From positions 164 through 64,163 of the forward strand of contig JALHNS010000003.1 in the NCBI GenBank assembly GCA_022843445.1: 64,000 bases of DNA. The letters are read 5' to 3'. Source of the stretch: Gemmata sp. GTDB lineage: Bacteria; Planctomycetota; Planctomycetia; Gemmatales; Gemmataceae. Below the pieces are notes generated by a model, which saw nothing but the letters and a program-made list of their open reading frames with translations, searched no databases and was not told the origin of the DNA. Below are positions 23,466-33,093 of the stretch, piece after piece. The position numbers and the translations under genes were made by a program. Each line of letters starts with the position of its first letter. The stretch's first letter is position 1.

Positions 23466-25307
23466 CTACCCGCTTTCGAGTGGTGGCGAACGTGCTAACC
23501 GCAATTCGGGTTGGTACTGCGTACTAATAGTTAAGTAGTCTGTGTGTGTTGGTAGAGTTGCTTCGCTTCCGAAATCAATCGCTACACTCGCAGGACTCCG
23601 GTACTTGTCGCCTTTGGTAAGCCAGTAATCCGATTGCCCCGGAGCATTTTTGCCGAGAGCGTAACGGATCGCCTTGTGAAGTCTCGGCGAATAGTTCGAG
23701 TCGGTGATGCGGATGATGTCGCGGTCGTGGAACACAGCACGCAAAGCCGCTATCTTTGCCTGCGTGGGTCGGGATGACGTTTTGCCCGTCTTGTGAAGCT
23801 CTTCCCAAAACTCCCAAATCGCATCGAACGGAACTGAACCATCAGCGTTCGGCTTATCGGTGAGCAGCGTCCAGTTAATGGCGAAGTAGGCGCGGCAATC
23901 CTCGCGAGTCAACCGAACGCGAACATCTACGCCACGGTGGTTCAGAGTTTCTGCCCACGCCAACGGGAACTGCCGAACGAACTTGTTCCATTTGCAAAGA
24001 TCGACGTACTTACGGCCTGGGTTTGCCAGTTTCGACGAATCCCAATGGCCGGCAACGTAAGCGCGTAGCACGAACTGGCACCTTGCGATACGGGCCGAAA
24101 GTGTCGAAACCCAATCGCCAGTGAAGAATCCGTTCGTGTGCAGAAAAGCGAGTAACTCGTCAGTTGTCGGCACCCTGCGGAGTTGCTGTGCATAAAGGCG
24201 AGCAATGTCAATCGTCGCTTGCAAACGGTCTGGGTTGTTGTTCGCAGTCGCATAATCACGGCAGCCTGTCGGCATCGTGGTCGCGGTTGTGGGAGGAGTT
24301 TGTGCAGCGGTTGTGGGGGTGACGGTAGGTGTCGTCGTGGCAATGTGGTTGGCGGTGTTGGTGGCAGCGTTTTTCACGAGTCGCGCCGCCCGTCGCGCCT
24401 CAACAACTGTCGTCTCAGCCCGTTTTAGTTCCTCGCGACGTGCAGCCCAACCCGCATCATCTCGCATCGCTTCAAGCCGCGTAACGACGTACTCAAGATC
24501 GGCAATCGAGATTACGTTACACGCCTTGAATCGCTTCAATTCGTGAAAGCTCCAATTCGTATTCCAGGGCAGTTTCGCAAGCTTACCGGAAAGTGTCGGC
24601 GTCGTAATCGTCCCCTTGACCTCAATATCGCAAAGGATGTGGTGGCGGTTGAAAAGGCGTTGCAACGCAGCTTCAAGACGTGTCGCGAGGGCGTTAAAGT
24701 CCTCGATACGGCCAGCGTGGTAAACCTTCACAAAATCGTTCTTGCCCCTCGCGGAATCGCAAGAGAAGGCCATCGGGAACGCGCGGCGAAGTAGCACAGA
24801 ACCGGCTGCGGCATCCGTTTGAAAATCGCAGTGGGCGTCCGTGTCGAGATACAGCATCCCGTAGGCCGTTTTGCCGCTGGTGTAATAGCGTCGATTGCCG
24901 CCGTTTATCGCGTCTTCGCAGTGCTTCGCGCTCAAGATGTGCTGCACGACATCGATATAGGGAATGTAGCATTTGCCGTTCTTTTTCACGACATTGGGTA
25001 TGCGCCCGGCCCGCTTTTCTGCTTTGTACTCGCGCCAGCAACGCCAATCGTCGCGGGTAATAACGTGAAACACATCGAAGGCCAACTCGCCATCAGCATC
25101 GAGGCCAACAACATCCTTCACGCCAGAATCGTAGACGTTGATGTAGGGAGCGAATGCGGCAAAGGTCGATTCCGCGAGATTGGGAATATTCGCGGGAAGG
25201 TCTTGTGGATTTGTGCCAGGGGAGACTAATATACACATGGCTTTCTTTCTGAAGACACACCTCAACTTGACGGCGGGGGTGTGTCTTCTTTTCGTATCTG
25301 GTTCCAC
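23466..25307 (-). CDS. Putative replication protein with AEP (primase-polymerase)-like N-terminal domain
   Basis: hhhDhD motif MLYLDTDAH, SARG, DIEVKG, GKLAKLP; low-complexity linker; helical and wHTH-like C-terminus; visibly lower GC. Confidence 0.6.
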   Translation of the reverse strand: MEPDTKRRHTPAVKLRCVFRKKAMCILVSPGTNPQDLPANIPNLAESTFAAFAPYINVYDSGVKDVVGLDADGELAFDVFHVITRDDWRCWREYKAEKRAGRIPNVVKKNGKCYIPYIDVVQHILSAKHCEDAINGGNRRYYTSGKTAYGMLYLDTDAHCDFQTDAAAGSVLLRRAFPMAFSCDSARGKNDFVKVYHAGRIEDFNALATRLEAALQRLFNRHHILCDIEVKGTITTPTLSGKLAKLPWNTNWSFHELKRFKACNVISIADLEYVVTRLEAMRDDAGWAARREELKRAETTVVEARRAARLVKNAATNTANHIATTTPTVTPTTAAQTPPTTATTMPTGCRDYATANNNPDRLQATIDIARLYAQQLRRVPTTDELLAFLHTNGFFTGDWVSTLSARIARCQFVLRAYVAGHWDSSKLANPGRKYVDLCKWNKFVRQFPLAWAETLNHRGVDVRVRLTREDCRAYFAINWTLLTDKPNADGSVPFDAIWEFWEELHKTGKTSSRPTQAKIAALRAVFHDRDIIRITDSNYSPRLHKAIRYALGKNAPGQSDYWLTKGDKYRSPASVAIDFGSEATLPTHTDYLTISTQYQPELRLARSPPLESG

Positions 25308-25513
25308 TCTATTGTAGTTTTGGACGCCGGCGTTCTCTTATATTTTTTAAGCAACTTTTCCCCGATACAATAAGACTGCCAAGCCGGGGCAAGCTAACCT
25401 AGAAATCCGAAAAATATTGACGCGGCAAGACAGTATCAATAGGCACGAAGTTGGCCCCTGTGTTTGGCAAATGAAGGGTGGCGTGTTCTACCCCGTTAAC
25501 AAGAGGTGACGGT

Positions 25514-25915
25514 ATGGCGAAGACCGAGAAGCCCCCGGCGGAAGACGCGACGAACTTGGAGAAAACGAAGTGGGCGGCGAAGCAACTCGGCGCGGACAAG
25601 GCGAAATTCGCCGAGATCGTGGCGTTGTTGAAGGAGGCAAAGGTGCCGCACTCGGAAGCGTCAATCAGCCAGAGCGTAGCAAAAGCCCGCGAAGAACTGG
25701 GATTCCCGCCACTGCGAGCGAAGCGGAAGACCGGGCCGCAACCGCAAGGGGACGAACCGACCGTCAGCGATTTGAAGGCCGTGCGAAAACTCGCGGAGGA
25801 ACTGAGCATGAAGCCGCACGAACTCCGCGAACTGGTGGGCAAACTCGCCGCGTTTGGTGATCTCGCGAAGCTGGCGGCATGCCTCGATGCACTTGAAGAA
25901 TTGACGAGCGATTGA
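25514..25915 (+). CDS. Small basic putative DNA-binding protein
   Basis: GAGGTG SD; Lys/Ala-rich; C-terminal TVSDLKAVRKLAEEL...LDALEEL helix; divergent from rep across an AT-rich gap. Confidence 0.7.
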   Translation: MAKTEKPPAEDATNLEKTKWAAKQLGADKAKFAEIVALLKEAKVPHSEASISQSVAKAREELGFPPLRAKRKTGPQPQGDEPTVSDLKAVRKLAEELSMKPHELRELVGKLAAFGDLAKLAACLDALEELTSD

Positions 25916-26185
25916 CGGGAGAGGCGACTACCTGCCGGGTTTGTTTTGGTCGCGGGCTGTCATTTCAGAACTCGCCCAAGTCCGTGTATCCACTCCGGGC
26001 AGCGGGTGATCCGGGGAAGCCGACCTGTCGGTAGTGTCGCGGAAAAAGCTCCGGCCAAGAACGGATGGCCTCCCACCGAGGGCGCTGTTCTTGTTTCCCA
26101 ACGTCGATGGCGTTCGTGAAATTGACCTCCGCGTCCGGCAAGTCCTGTGAAAGCGACATTCGCCCCGGCCCCGCCACCGACCCGA

Positions 26186-27598
26186 TCAGGCATCGCTTCC
26201 TTGAATCCGCACCTCTTGTGTCGTTCCACACTTCGAGCAGCGAAACGACGTGTTGATGACGCTGCCCGCCGAAGGGATGGTGGAATTCGTCTGGCCCGGT
26301 TCGACATGGCCGCAGTCGCAGCGTTTCTTGTAGCTGAAACTGCGGCCGTCCGATCCGACGATCACCGCGCCACAGATCGCGTGTGCCTCTCTTGTGCGAC
26401 TCGTTGCGATCTCCCTCGCACCACCAGTTGCGGCCGGGAGCGTTTTTGTTCCAGATGGCGAGGACGGCGACTCTGATTCCGCGAGATCCCCAGTGAGCGA
26501 CCGAGACGAACCGCTTTCACTGCACAGGATTGCGATACCGCCAACCACCAGTGCCGCCGCGACCGCGCCGGCGACCTTTGCCGCGCCAAGCGCGAACCCC
26601 CGCATCGCTTCCTCGGCCTCTTCCCGCCGCTCCCGCTCGATAGTTTGGGTGATGGTCGGGTTGCGGTAGAAGTGGCCCGACTGCCCGTCCGTCTTGACGA
26701 TCAACTCGCTGTCGCTGAGGGAAAGAATCTGGAGCTTGACGGTGGGGCCGTCTTCGGACTCGTAGAGTGCCACCGTCTCGTTGTCGAGCCAGCGGAACTT
26801 GGTGGCGAGTCCGTCTTGGCGCAACATCGCGCCGTCTTCCGTGAACATGAACCATAAGCCCGTGTCGCCGACCTGACGCCAGATGGCGTGCAACTTCTTC
26901 CGCCGGGATGATTCGCTGTCCCCGAACATGCCCTTCCACAATCCCGCGATGCCGACATCCTGCGGAGAGCTTCCATCTTTGGTGACGACCGCTTCCGAAG
27001 GATAGTCGTCATGCGAACGCGGTTCGTCAAAAGCGAATCGAACCGTGTAATGCCCCGGACTGGGGAACGTGACGCCGTACCGACGCTCTTTGGTCGGTGC
27101 CTCGTCGTGTGTCTTCCCGAACACGAAAAGCAGCTTCTTCATTCCCGCGACCGGGGTCAGCGGCACAAGTTTGATGAGGTGCCGTCCGGTGGTGACTTGC
27201 TGCGGGTACTTCAACCGAAACCCATCGGACAGCTTGATCGGGATCACGATGTGGCGGGAGTCGAAATACAACCGAGCTTCGGGATTATTCGTGCCGGACG
27301 GCACACCAGTGAACGGATCGATGATGATCTCGAAGGTGGCGTACCCTGCGGTAATCGAGGGCGCGGCGGCATCAGTCGTCGGGTTTGCTTTGGCCGGCAG
27401 AGGGGGCGGCTTGCGGGTGGCAGGGGCTTGTGGGATGAGTCCCGTTACAGTCCGGGCTTCGACCCATTCCGGCATGGACTCGTTCCACACGAGATCACCG
27501 GCAGCGACCTTCCTCTCGCCGACCAACTGTTTGAGCGCGTCCCACGACACTGGGCCGATCTGTTCGCCACCGACCGAGTAGAACCATTCGGCGTCCAC
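26186..27598 (-). CDS. GYF_2 (DUF4339) domain membrane protein with C-terminal Cys cluster
   Basis: N-terminal WFYSVGGEQIGPVS...DLVWNESMPEW; TM helix; terminal CDCGH...CSKCG. Confidence 0.8.
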   Translation of the reverse strand: MDAEWFYSVGGEQIGPVSWDALKQLVGERKVAAGDLVWNESMPEWVEARTVTGLIPQAPATRKPPPLPAKANPTTDAAAPSITAGYATFEIIIDPFTGVPSGTNNPEARLYFDSRHIVIPIKLSDGFRLKYPQQVTTGRHLIKLVPLTPVAGMKKLLFVFGKTHDEAPTKERRYGVTFPSPGHYTVRFAFDEPRSHDDYPSEAVVTKDGSSPQDVGIAGLWKGMFGDSESSRRKKLHAIWRQVGDTGLWFMFTEDGAMLRQDGLATKFRWLDNETVALYESEDGPTVKLQILSLSDSELIVKTDGQSGHFYRNPTITQTIERERREEAEEAMRGFALGAAKVAGAVAAALVVGGIAILCSESGSSRSLTGDLAESESPSSPSGTKTLPAATGGAREIATSRTREAHAICGAVIVGSDGRSFSYKKRCDCGHVEPGQTNSTIPSAGSVINTSFRCSKCGTTQEVRIQGSDA

Positions 27599-27853
27599 GA
27601 TTCACCTCGAAGGGGGGCTTGTTCGTGCTGTTCAGTGTCGCGCGGAAGTCGCAGCGGCACCCAAAGTGGTGATCGACTTCGGATTGTCTGAGATCCGCAC
27701 CTTCATCTCGTCGTCGGAGATGCCCCATCACTGAAAGCGAGAGTTCTTCGCCGACTGGGGCCATCTTTGCAGTGGTTTCCCGGCCGTGTGGCGGTTTTGC
27801 TCGCGTCGTTTATAACCGACAGACTCGGCAGCGGCCAGACCTAACGTCCCAGA

Positions 27854-28096
27854 ATGACGTTGGGTGGCGAGCTACGAGAGGCGAGGCGAACAGCCGGGCT
27901 TACGCAAGAAGAGCTTGCGGTCGCGGCGAAGGTAGATCGTGGCTACATCTCGGAACTCGAAAACGATCACCAAAGTCCGACCGTGGACATGCTCTACCGT
28001 CTCTGCGGGTCGCTCGGCGTTTTGCCCTCCGTAATCCTTGCTCGTGTCGAAGCTACGCAACGAACCAGCGAGCGGGCCGACACCAAGCCTTCCTGA
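27854..28096 (+). CDS. XRE-family HTH regulator
   Basis: LREARRTAGLTQEELAVAAKVDRGYISELENDHQSPTVDML. Confidence 0.92.
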   Translation: MTLGGELREARRTAGLTQEELAVAAKVDRGYISELENDHQSPTVDMLYRLCGSLGVLPSVILARVEATQRTSERADTKPS

Positions 28097-28360
28097 AGAC
28101 GCATGCCAACTCCCAGTCGCTGAACACAACTCAGAGTTGCCGCTTCGCGTTGCGGTGACAGCCTTGCGAACCGGCCGTGCGGCCGCATCTTCGTCCTCGC
28201 GCACTCGAAGCCGCGAGCCGTCCGCACAGACGCTGCCGCCAGTTACAAACTGGTCCGTCCGGTAGGGGCTGCTTTCGGCTTCACGGCCACGTCCGCAGTC
28301 CGACGCTCACCGAAAATCGCACGACCACCCACCCGGATGCGTGGACACGAAGCCCGCGAT

Positions 28361-30577
28361 TTACTTCTCGTTCGGGATCGTCCAGACCCGCACCTTTCCG
28401 TCGCGGCACCCCGTCACCGCGAACCCCTCGTCCGCGCTGACGGCCGCGTCGGTGACCGGCTCCGGGTGCGGGTCCGAGATGACTGTCTGGCGTTGCGTCT
28501 TCGGTTCCCAGATGCACAACTGACCCTCGGCACCGTAGCTCAGGGTCCGTTTGCCGCCGGGCAATATCACCGTCCGGCGGCTGCCGGGCTTGGCATGGCC
28601 GAGTTGGGCCAGGACATTGAAGGACATCGCCTTGTCCCCCTGGCCGAAGGCGACGATCCCGGCTTCGAGGGTGGTGACGATCAGGCCGAACTCCGAATCG
28701 GCCGTGACGTGCTGAACGCCCGGCATCATGCCGAAGTTGTTCATCTTGCCTCGCGACGAAAGCCCCAACTCGGCCTTGAATGGCATCACTTTCCACAGCG
28801 AGAGTTCGGCGCGTCGGTCGGGTCCGGTCCCGTAGCCGACGAACAGGAGTTCATCGGGCTTGAACGGCGGGTCCGGCACGAAAAACAGCGCGACGGTGGG
28901 TCGGTCGGGCTTGTCCATCGGCGTGACGGCGCGGTTCGCGACCAAATCCCACACGAGCAGCCGTTTGCCGGTTGTCCACGCGAGCCACCTCCCAGTCGGC
29001 GACACCGTCACGGACTGCACGGGGGTGCCGTCCCCGTCCCAACTTCGGATGGGGAACGGTCGCGGTTGGTCTGCGACCACGGGCGACAACGCGAGTCGGC
29101 TGGCGGTCGGTAATGTGGACCACGACGCCCAACCTGCGGCGCGTTCGGCATCCATTCTGGCCCCGACCCACCACTGTCGTAACGTCCCGTCCTCGTGGCC
29201 CGTGAACAGTGAATACCCGCCGTGGCCGAACACCTCGGCGGTCGGCGGCGAGGGCAAATCAACGACAGCGACGGCACCTGTCGGTGACCACAGCCGCAGC
29301 GTCTTCTCGTCGGTGGAGGCGATCCAACCGCCGGCCCGAACCTGCACGGTGCGGACGGCCGACGTGTGTCCTTCGAGTGTTCGGGCCGGCGGTCGGGACG
29401 GGGACTTCTCCTTGTTCGGTTCGGTGCCGGGACCGAACTTGGGTTCGATCTTGGGCGGGATGACCTCGCCATTCTTCTCTGCAACCGGCGCGTCGGGTTC
29501 AGCTTTCGCTTTCGGGTCGTTGGGGCGGCTCAAGTAGATCGCCAAGCCAACAAAACCGGAGGTCACCAGCGCGGCCGGGAGGGGCCACCACCGCGAACGT
29601 GTCGCAGCCGTCGCGGTTTCGAGCGCGTCTGCAAGATCGCCGCCGCGAGCGTATCGCTCATCGGGGTTCCGAGCCAAGCACCGGCGACAGACAGCGATGA
29701 ACGCGGCGGGGACGGCGGGTGCGGCCGGCATTGTGGCCGCAAGGATTTGTTGCCTGACCCTGACCGGGTTGTCGTCCGCAAACGGCACTCGCCCGGTGAG
29801 CATCTCGCACATGATGATGCCGAGGCTCCAGATGTCGGTGCGTCCGTCGAGGGGCTTCCCCTCCAGTTGTTCGGGCGAACTGTAGGCCAGTGTGCCGCGC
29901 TGGTCGCTGCCTTCAAGGAACTCCGCCTTCGGCCGGGCCAGCCCGAAATCGCCGACGTGCGGGGTGCCGGCGCGGTCGAGCAGTATGTTCGCCGGCTTGA
30001 GGTCGCGGTGGACGACGCCCTGGCCGTGGGCGTAGTCGATGGCGCGGGCCACCGTCGCCAGCACTTTAACGACATCGGCAGAGGGCATCGGCCCGCCCCG
30101 CAGCCGGTCGGCGAGCGTCTCGCCGTCGATCAGGTCGCTGACGAGGACGTACCCCGCGCCCTCTTTCAGCACGTCGTGGAGTGTCACGATGTTGACGTGC
30201 TTGAGGCACGCGATTTGACGGGCCTCCGTCAACACCTCGTCAATTTGACGGGCGGTCAGAGTTCGGCTCGGCCTCGGCACCTTCACGGCGACGTGACGAT
30301 GAAGCCGCAGGTCGTAGGCTCGCCACACATCGGCGTACCCACCGCTCCCGATCAGTGCCTCCAGCACATAGCGTTCGGCAAGGGTACGGGGCTGCTGCGG
30401 TGGCTTCGCCGGGCCGCTCATCCATGCGGTCTTTTCGAGCAGGCGGATGCGATCCCGCACGGTATCGAGCAGTTCGGGACATCCCCGGCACAGTTCCTCG
30501 GCAGTGATCGCGTTGCCGCGCTCACGGGCCTCTTCCCAGGTCAACAACAGGTCGGCGATCCGCTCCTCATCCGTCAT
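28361..30577 (-). CDS. Membrane Ser/Thr protein kinase with C-terminal WD40 repeats
   Basis: IGSGGYADV, VAVK, HRDLKPANIL, DFGLA, GTLAYSSPEQ; TM segment; GHTSAVRTV...LRLWS and GCRDGKVRVW repeats. Confidence 0.95.
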   Translation of the reverse strand: MTDEERIADLLLTWEEARERGNAITAEELCRGCPELLDTVRDRIRLLEKTAWMSGPAKPPQQPRTLAERYVLEALIGSGGYADVWRAYDLRLHRHVAVKVPRPSRTLTARQIDEVLTEARQIACLKHVNIVTLHDVLKEGAGYVLVSDLIDGETLADRLRGGPMPSADVVKVLATVARAIDYAHGQGVVHRDLKPANILLDRAGTPHVGDFGLARPKAEFLEGSDQRGTLAYSSPEQLEGKPLDGRTDIWSLGIIMCEMLTGRVPFADDNPVRVRQQILAATMPAAPAVPAAFIAVCRRCLARNPDERYARGGDLADALETATAATRSRWWPLPAALVTSGFVGLAIYLSRPNDPKAKAEPDAPVAEKNGEVIPPKIEPKFGPGTEPNKEKSPSRPPARTLEGHTSAVRTVQVRAGGWIASTDEKTLRLWSPTGAVAVVDLPSPPTAEVFGHGGYSLFTGHEDGTLRQWWVGARMDAERAAGWASWSTLPTASRLALSPVVADQPRPFPIRSWDGDGTPVQSVTVSPTGRWLAWTTGKRLLVWDLVANRAVTPMDKPDRPTVALFFVPDPPFKPDELLFVGYGTGPDRRAELSLWKVMPFKAELGLSSRGKMNNFGMMPGVQHVTADSEFGLIVTTLEAGIVAFGQGDKAMSFNVLAQLGHAKPGSRRTVILPGGKRTLSYGAEGQLCIWEPKTQRQTVISDPHPEPVTDAAVSADEGFAVTGCRDGKVRVWTIPNEK

Positions 30578-31214
30578 CCCGGTGTCCCTCCCGCTCGATG
30601 GCCGCGCCCAGGCGGAGCCGAGCCGACTGCCACCGCCGCTTGACCGTCCGCAGCGAGACGCACAGAACTTGAGCGGCTTCTTCTTGGGTCAACTCGCTGA
30701 CGAACAGCAGGTCCACGACGGCGCGTTCCTCGTCGGGGAGTGCTTCGATCATCTGGTGAAGGCGATCCCACCCGACCGGCATTTCGGTGTCTTCGGCGAC
30801 GGCCGGCAAGCGACTCTCGCCGTCCGTCTGGTGGTTCGCACCGACCCCGTGCGGCCCGAAATGGTGCCGGTGCAAGTCGTGCAGTTCGCGCCGAATCTGG
30901 AGGCCCGCCAACCCGAAGAACTCGCCCACCGTCGCCGGCCGGACCTGCTTTAGCGCCCGGTAAAGTCGGAGCATCGACTGCTGAAGCACGTCATCCGTTT
31001 CCACCCACCGCCGCAACGCGGGGAAGCCGCGCAGCTTCCGCCGGGCCAACACCCGCAGGCGTTCGGAGGCCCGGAGCAGAAGCTCGTTGAACACCTCCTC
31101 GTTCGTCAACGACGGCGCGTCCAACAGACGTTGCATCGCGGTTGTGGTGGAGTTCACGGGAGCAGCCGAGGGGGACGAAATCAGCCCGCCGACCGACCCG
31201 CCGGGCTGCTCCAT
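30567..31214 (-). CDS. ECF sigma-70 factor (kinase-associated planctomycete type)
   Basis: Sigma2 ETDDVLQQSMLRL...IRRELHDL; sigma4 LPDEERAVVDL...LTQEEAAQVLCVSLRTVKRRW; overlaps the kinase start by 11 nt. True start may be 31157 or 31136. Confidence 0.92.
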   Translation of the reverse strand: MEQPGGSVGGLISSPSAAPVNSTTTAMQRLLDAPSLTNEEVFNELLLRASERLRVLARRKLRGFPALRRWVETDDVLQQSMLRLYRALKQVRPATVGEFFGLAGLQIRRELHDLHRHHFGPHGVGANHQTDGESRLPAVAEDTEMPVGWDRLHQMIEALPDEERAVVDLLFVSELTQEEAAQVLCVSLRTVKRRWQSARLRLGAAIEREGHRDDG

Positions 31215-31465
31215 TGGTTTACGCTCGCGACCGCCAGAGAAAGCGAGAATTCGCGGCGAAATGGGGCCACGAAACCAGCAAAAAATCTCTGCGAAAAGCG
31301 GGCGCAGTTCGAGAGACGAGCGCGTTTCCCGCTTGATAGAGGCTTGCGGGGTTTGTCGCCGGCGCGGTCACGCTGTCAGCCAGAATCCGTCACCGGCTGT
31401 GGCCCCTTTCGCGCCGCCGTTCTCGCTTTCAGAAACAGCGAGGGCCGCACAGCGAGGGTATCAGC

Positions 31466-32167
31466 ATGCCGAGCGTCTGGTTCCTGTTGCGCGACGGCCG
31501 CAGATACGGCCCGTTCCACTTCGAGCAACTTCAGAAGATGACGACAACCGGCCAATTACTGCCGGTCGATCTGCTCGCCCAGGACGATGGTGGGCCGTGG
31601 GTGCCGGCCGCACAGGTCGGTGGGCTGTTCGCTCCCTCTCACAAGTCGGGTCAAGATTCACCCTTCGATTTCAGCGCCGGTACCGAAGGCGAAGAGGAGG
31701 AATCGCCGCCCGCGCCCACCAGTCGGGAGCCGAACTCGGCTCAGAAGAACAAGTTCGTCCCATTTGCCGCTGCCGGCGTTCTGGGCGTAGCTCTGATCGG
31801 CGCGGTGGTCTTCGTTTTGGCCCGCAACGGCACGCGGGAGACGCCCGCACAGGATACCGCGTCGAAGGGGCAGACGAGCGACGGAAAATCGAACGCACGG
31901 TCGGGAAACCGGCGACCGGGCAAGACGTACTTGGACGACGTGATCGCGGAGCGGGGACCGCCCATCGGCTCCTACGCCCGAAAGCACAACACGTCGAGTA
32001 GCGCCGATGAGTTCCTGCACGTCTGGAAGAACGGCACGACGGGTTACGACCTCGTGTTCACAGCGGTCCTGACGAAAGTCTCTGAACCGGAGTTCGTTCA
32101 GAGTATCCAGACGAATTTCGACAAGAACCGACTCGACGCGATCCTGAAGGGCTACCGCCCCAGATAG
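31466..32167 (+). CDS. GYF_2 (DUF4339) domain membrane protein
   Basis: WFLLRDGRRYGPFHFEQL...GPWVPAAQVGGLF; one TM helix. Confidence 0.8.
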   Translation: MPSVWFLLRDGRRYGPFHFEQLQKMTTTGQLLPVDLLAQDDGGPWVPAAQVGGLFAPSHKSGQDSPFDFSAGTEGEEEESPPAPTSREPNSAQKNKFVPFAAAGVLGVALIGAVVFVLARNGTRETPAQDTASKGQTSDGKSNARSGNRRPGKTYLDDVIAERGPPIGSYARKHNTSSSADEFLHVWKNGTTGYDLVFTAVLTKVSEPEFVQSIQTNFDKNRLDAILKGYRPR

Positions 32168-32247
32168 CGCTGCGAGGGTGACCGCTCCAAGTGACCCGGC
32201 TTTTTCCAACTCAGTTGATCAGGGCTTCCATTCTCACGGAGACAGCG

Positions 32248-33063
32248 ATGCGATACGCGATTCTGGCGGTGCTGGCGGTCGGTCTGACGGGCGGCGTGCT
32301 GCTCTGGTCGGGTGCCTTCGGCTCGCGCGGCGAGGTCGCGAAGAAGAAGGCGCTGGACAAGCTCGATGACGCACTCGGCAAGATGGACGTGCAGAAGGCC
32401 GAGATCGATGGCGGCATCAAGTCGGCGAAGAAGGCGGTCGGTGAACTCCGCAGGGCCAAGCATCAGGCCCAGGCCCAACTCGATCTGCTCGATGAGAAGG
32501 TGCGTCCGCACCAAGACAAGATGGCGCGGTGCGACGAGACGCTCGCCAAGCTCCGCGATCTGATCACGGCTGACGTGCCGGCCGAACTCGCGGGAAAGAC
32601 GTACTCGGTCGCCGAACTCAAAGCGATGGCAACCAAGATCCTTGAGGCCCGCAAGGAGTCGGAAGAGAAGATCAAGGGATTCGAGAATGCCCGGAGCAGC
32701 ATGAGGAACGTGGTCGCGACGATCACGAAGAGGCAGGAAGATCTCGAAGCCCGCGTAGCCAAGCTGGAAGCGGCCAAAGCGAAACTCGACGCCGAGTACG
32801 CGGCGGCGCAGGCGATGAAGAAGGCGTCGGCCGCGATGGGCGATTCGGACGCCACCCTCGGCGAGAACCTTGACGAACTGGAGAAGAAGATCGCTGTGCT
32901 GTCCGGGGATGTGAAAGCGGAACTGGCGGGCGAATCGGAGAAGTTCGCGGCCACCGGCGCGGACAAGACCACTAGCGAAGTGGATGCGTTCTTGAAGGCC
33001 GCGTCGTCGCCGGGCGATCCGGTCGGCGAGATCGACAAGATTCTCGGCCCCGCGAAGAAGTGA
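32248..33063 (+). CDS. Membrane-anchored coiled-coil protein (PspA/IM30-like)
   Basis: N-terminal hydrophobic anchor and long heptad-rich helices; GGAG upstream. Confidence 0.7.
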   Translation: MRYAILAVLAVGLTGGVLLWSGAFGSRGEVAKKKALDKLDDALGKMDVQKAEIDGGIKSAKKAVGELRRAKHQAQAQLDLLDEKVRPHQDKMARCDETLAKLRDLITADVPAELAGKTYSVAELKAMATKILEARKESEEKIKGFENARSSMRNVVATITKRQEDLEARVAKLEAAKAKLDAEYAAAQAMKKASAAMGDSDATLGENLDELEKKIAVLSGDVKAELAGESEKFAATGADKTTSEVDAFLKAASSPGDPVGEIDKILGPAKK

Positions 33064-33093
33064 GCCAGTTTCATTGTTCAACGGGAGCGCACC

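Noticed and set aside
25965-26231. Possible TPR-like gene remnant
   Set aside because: Similarity too weak to support by eye.
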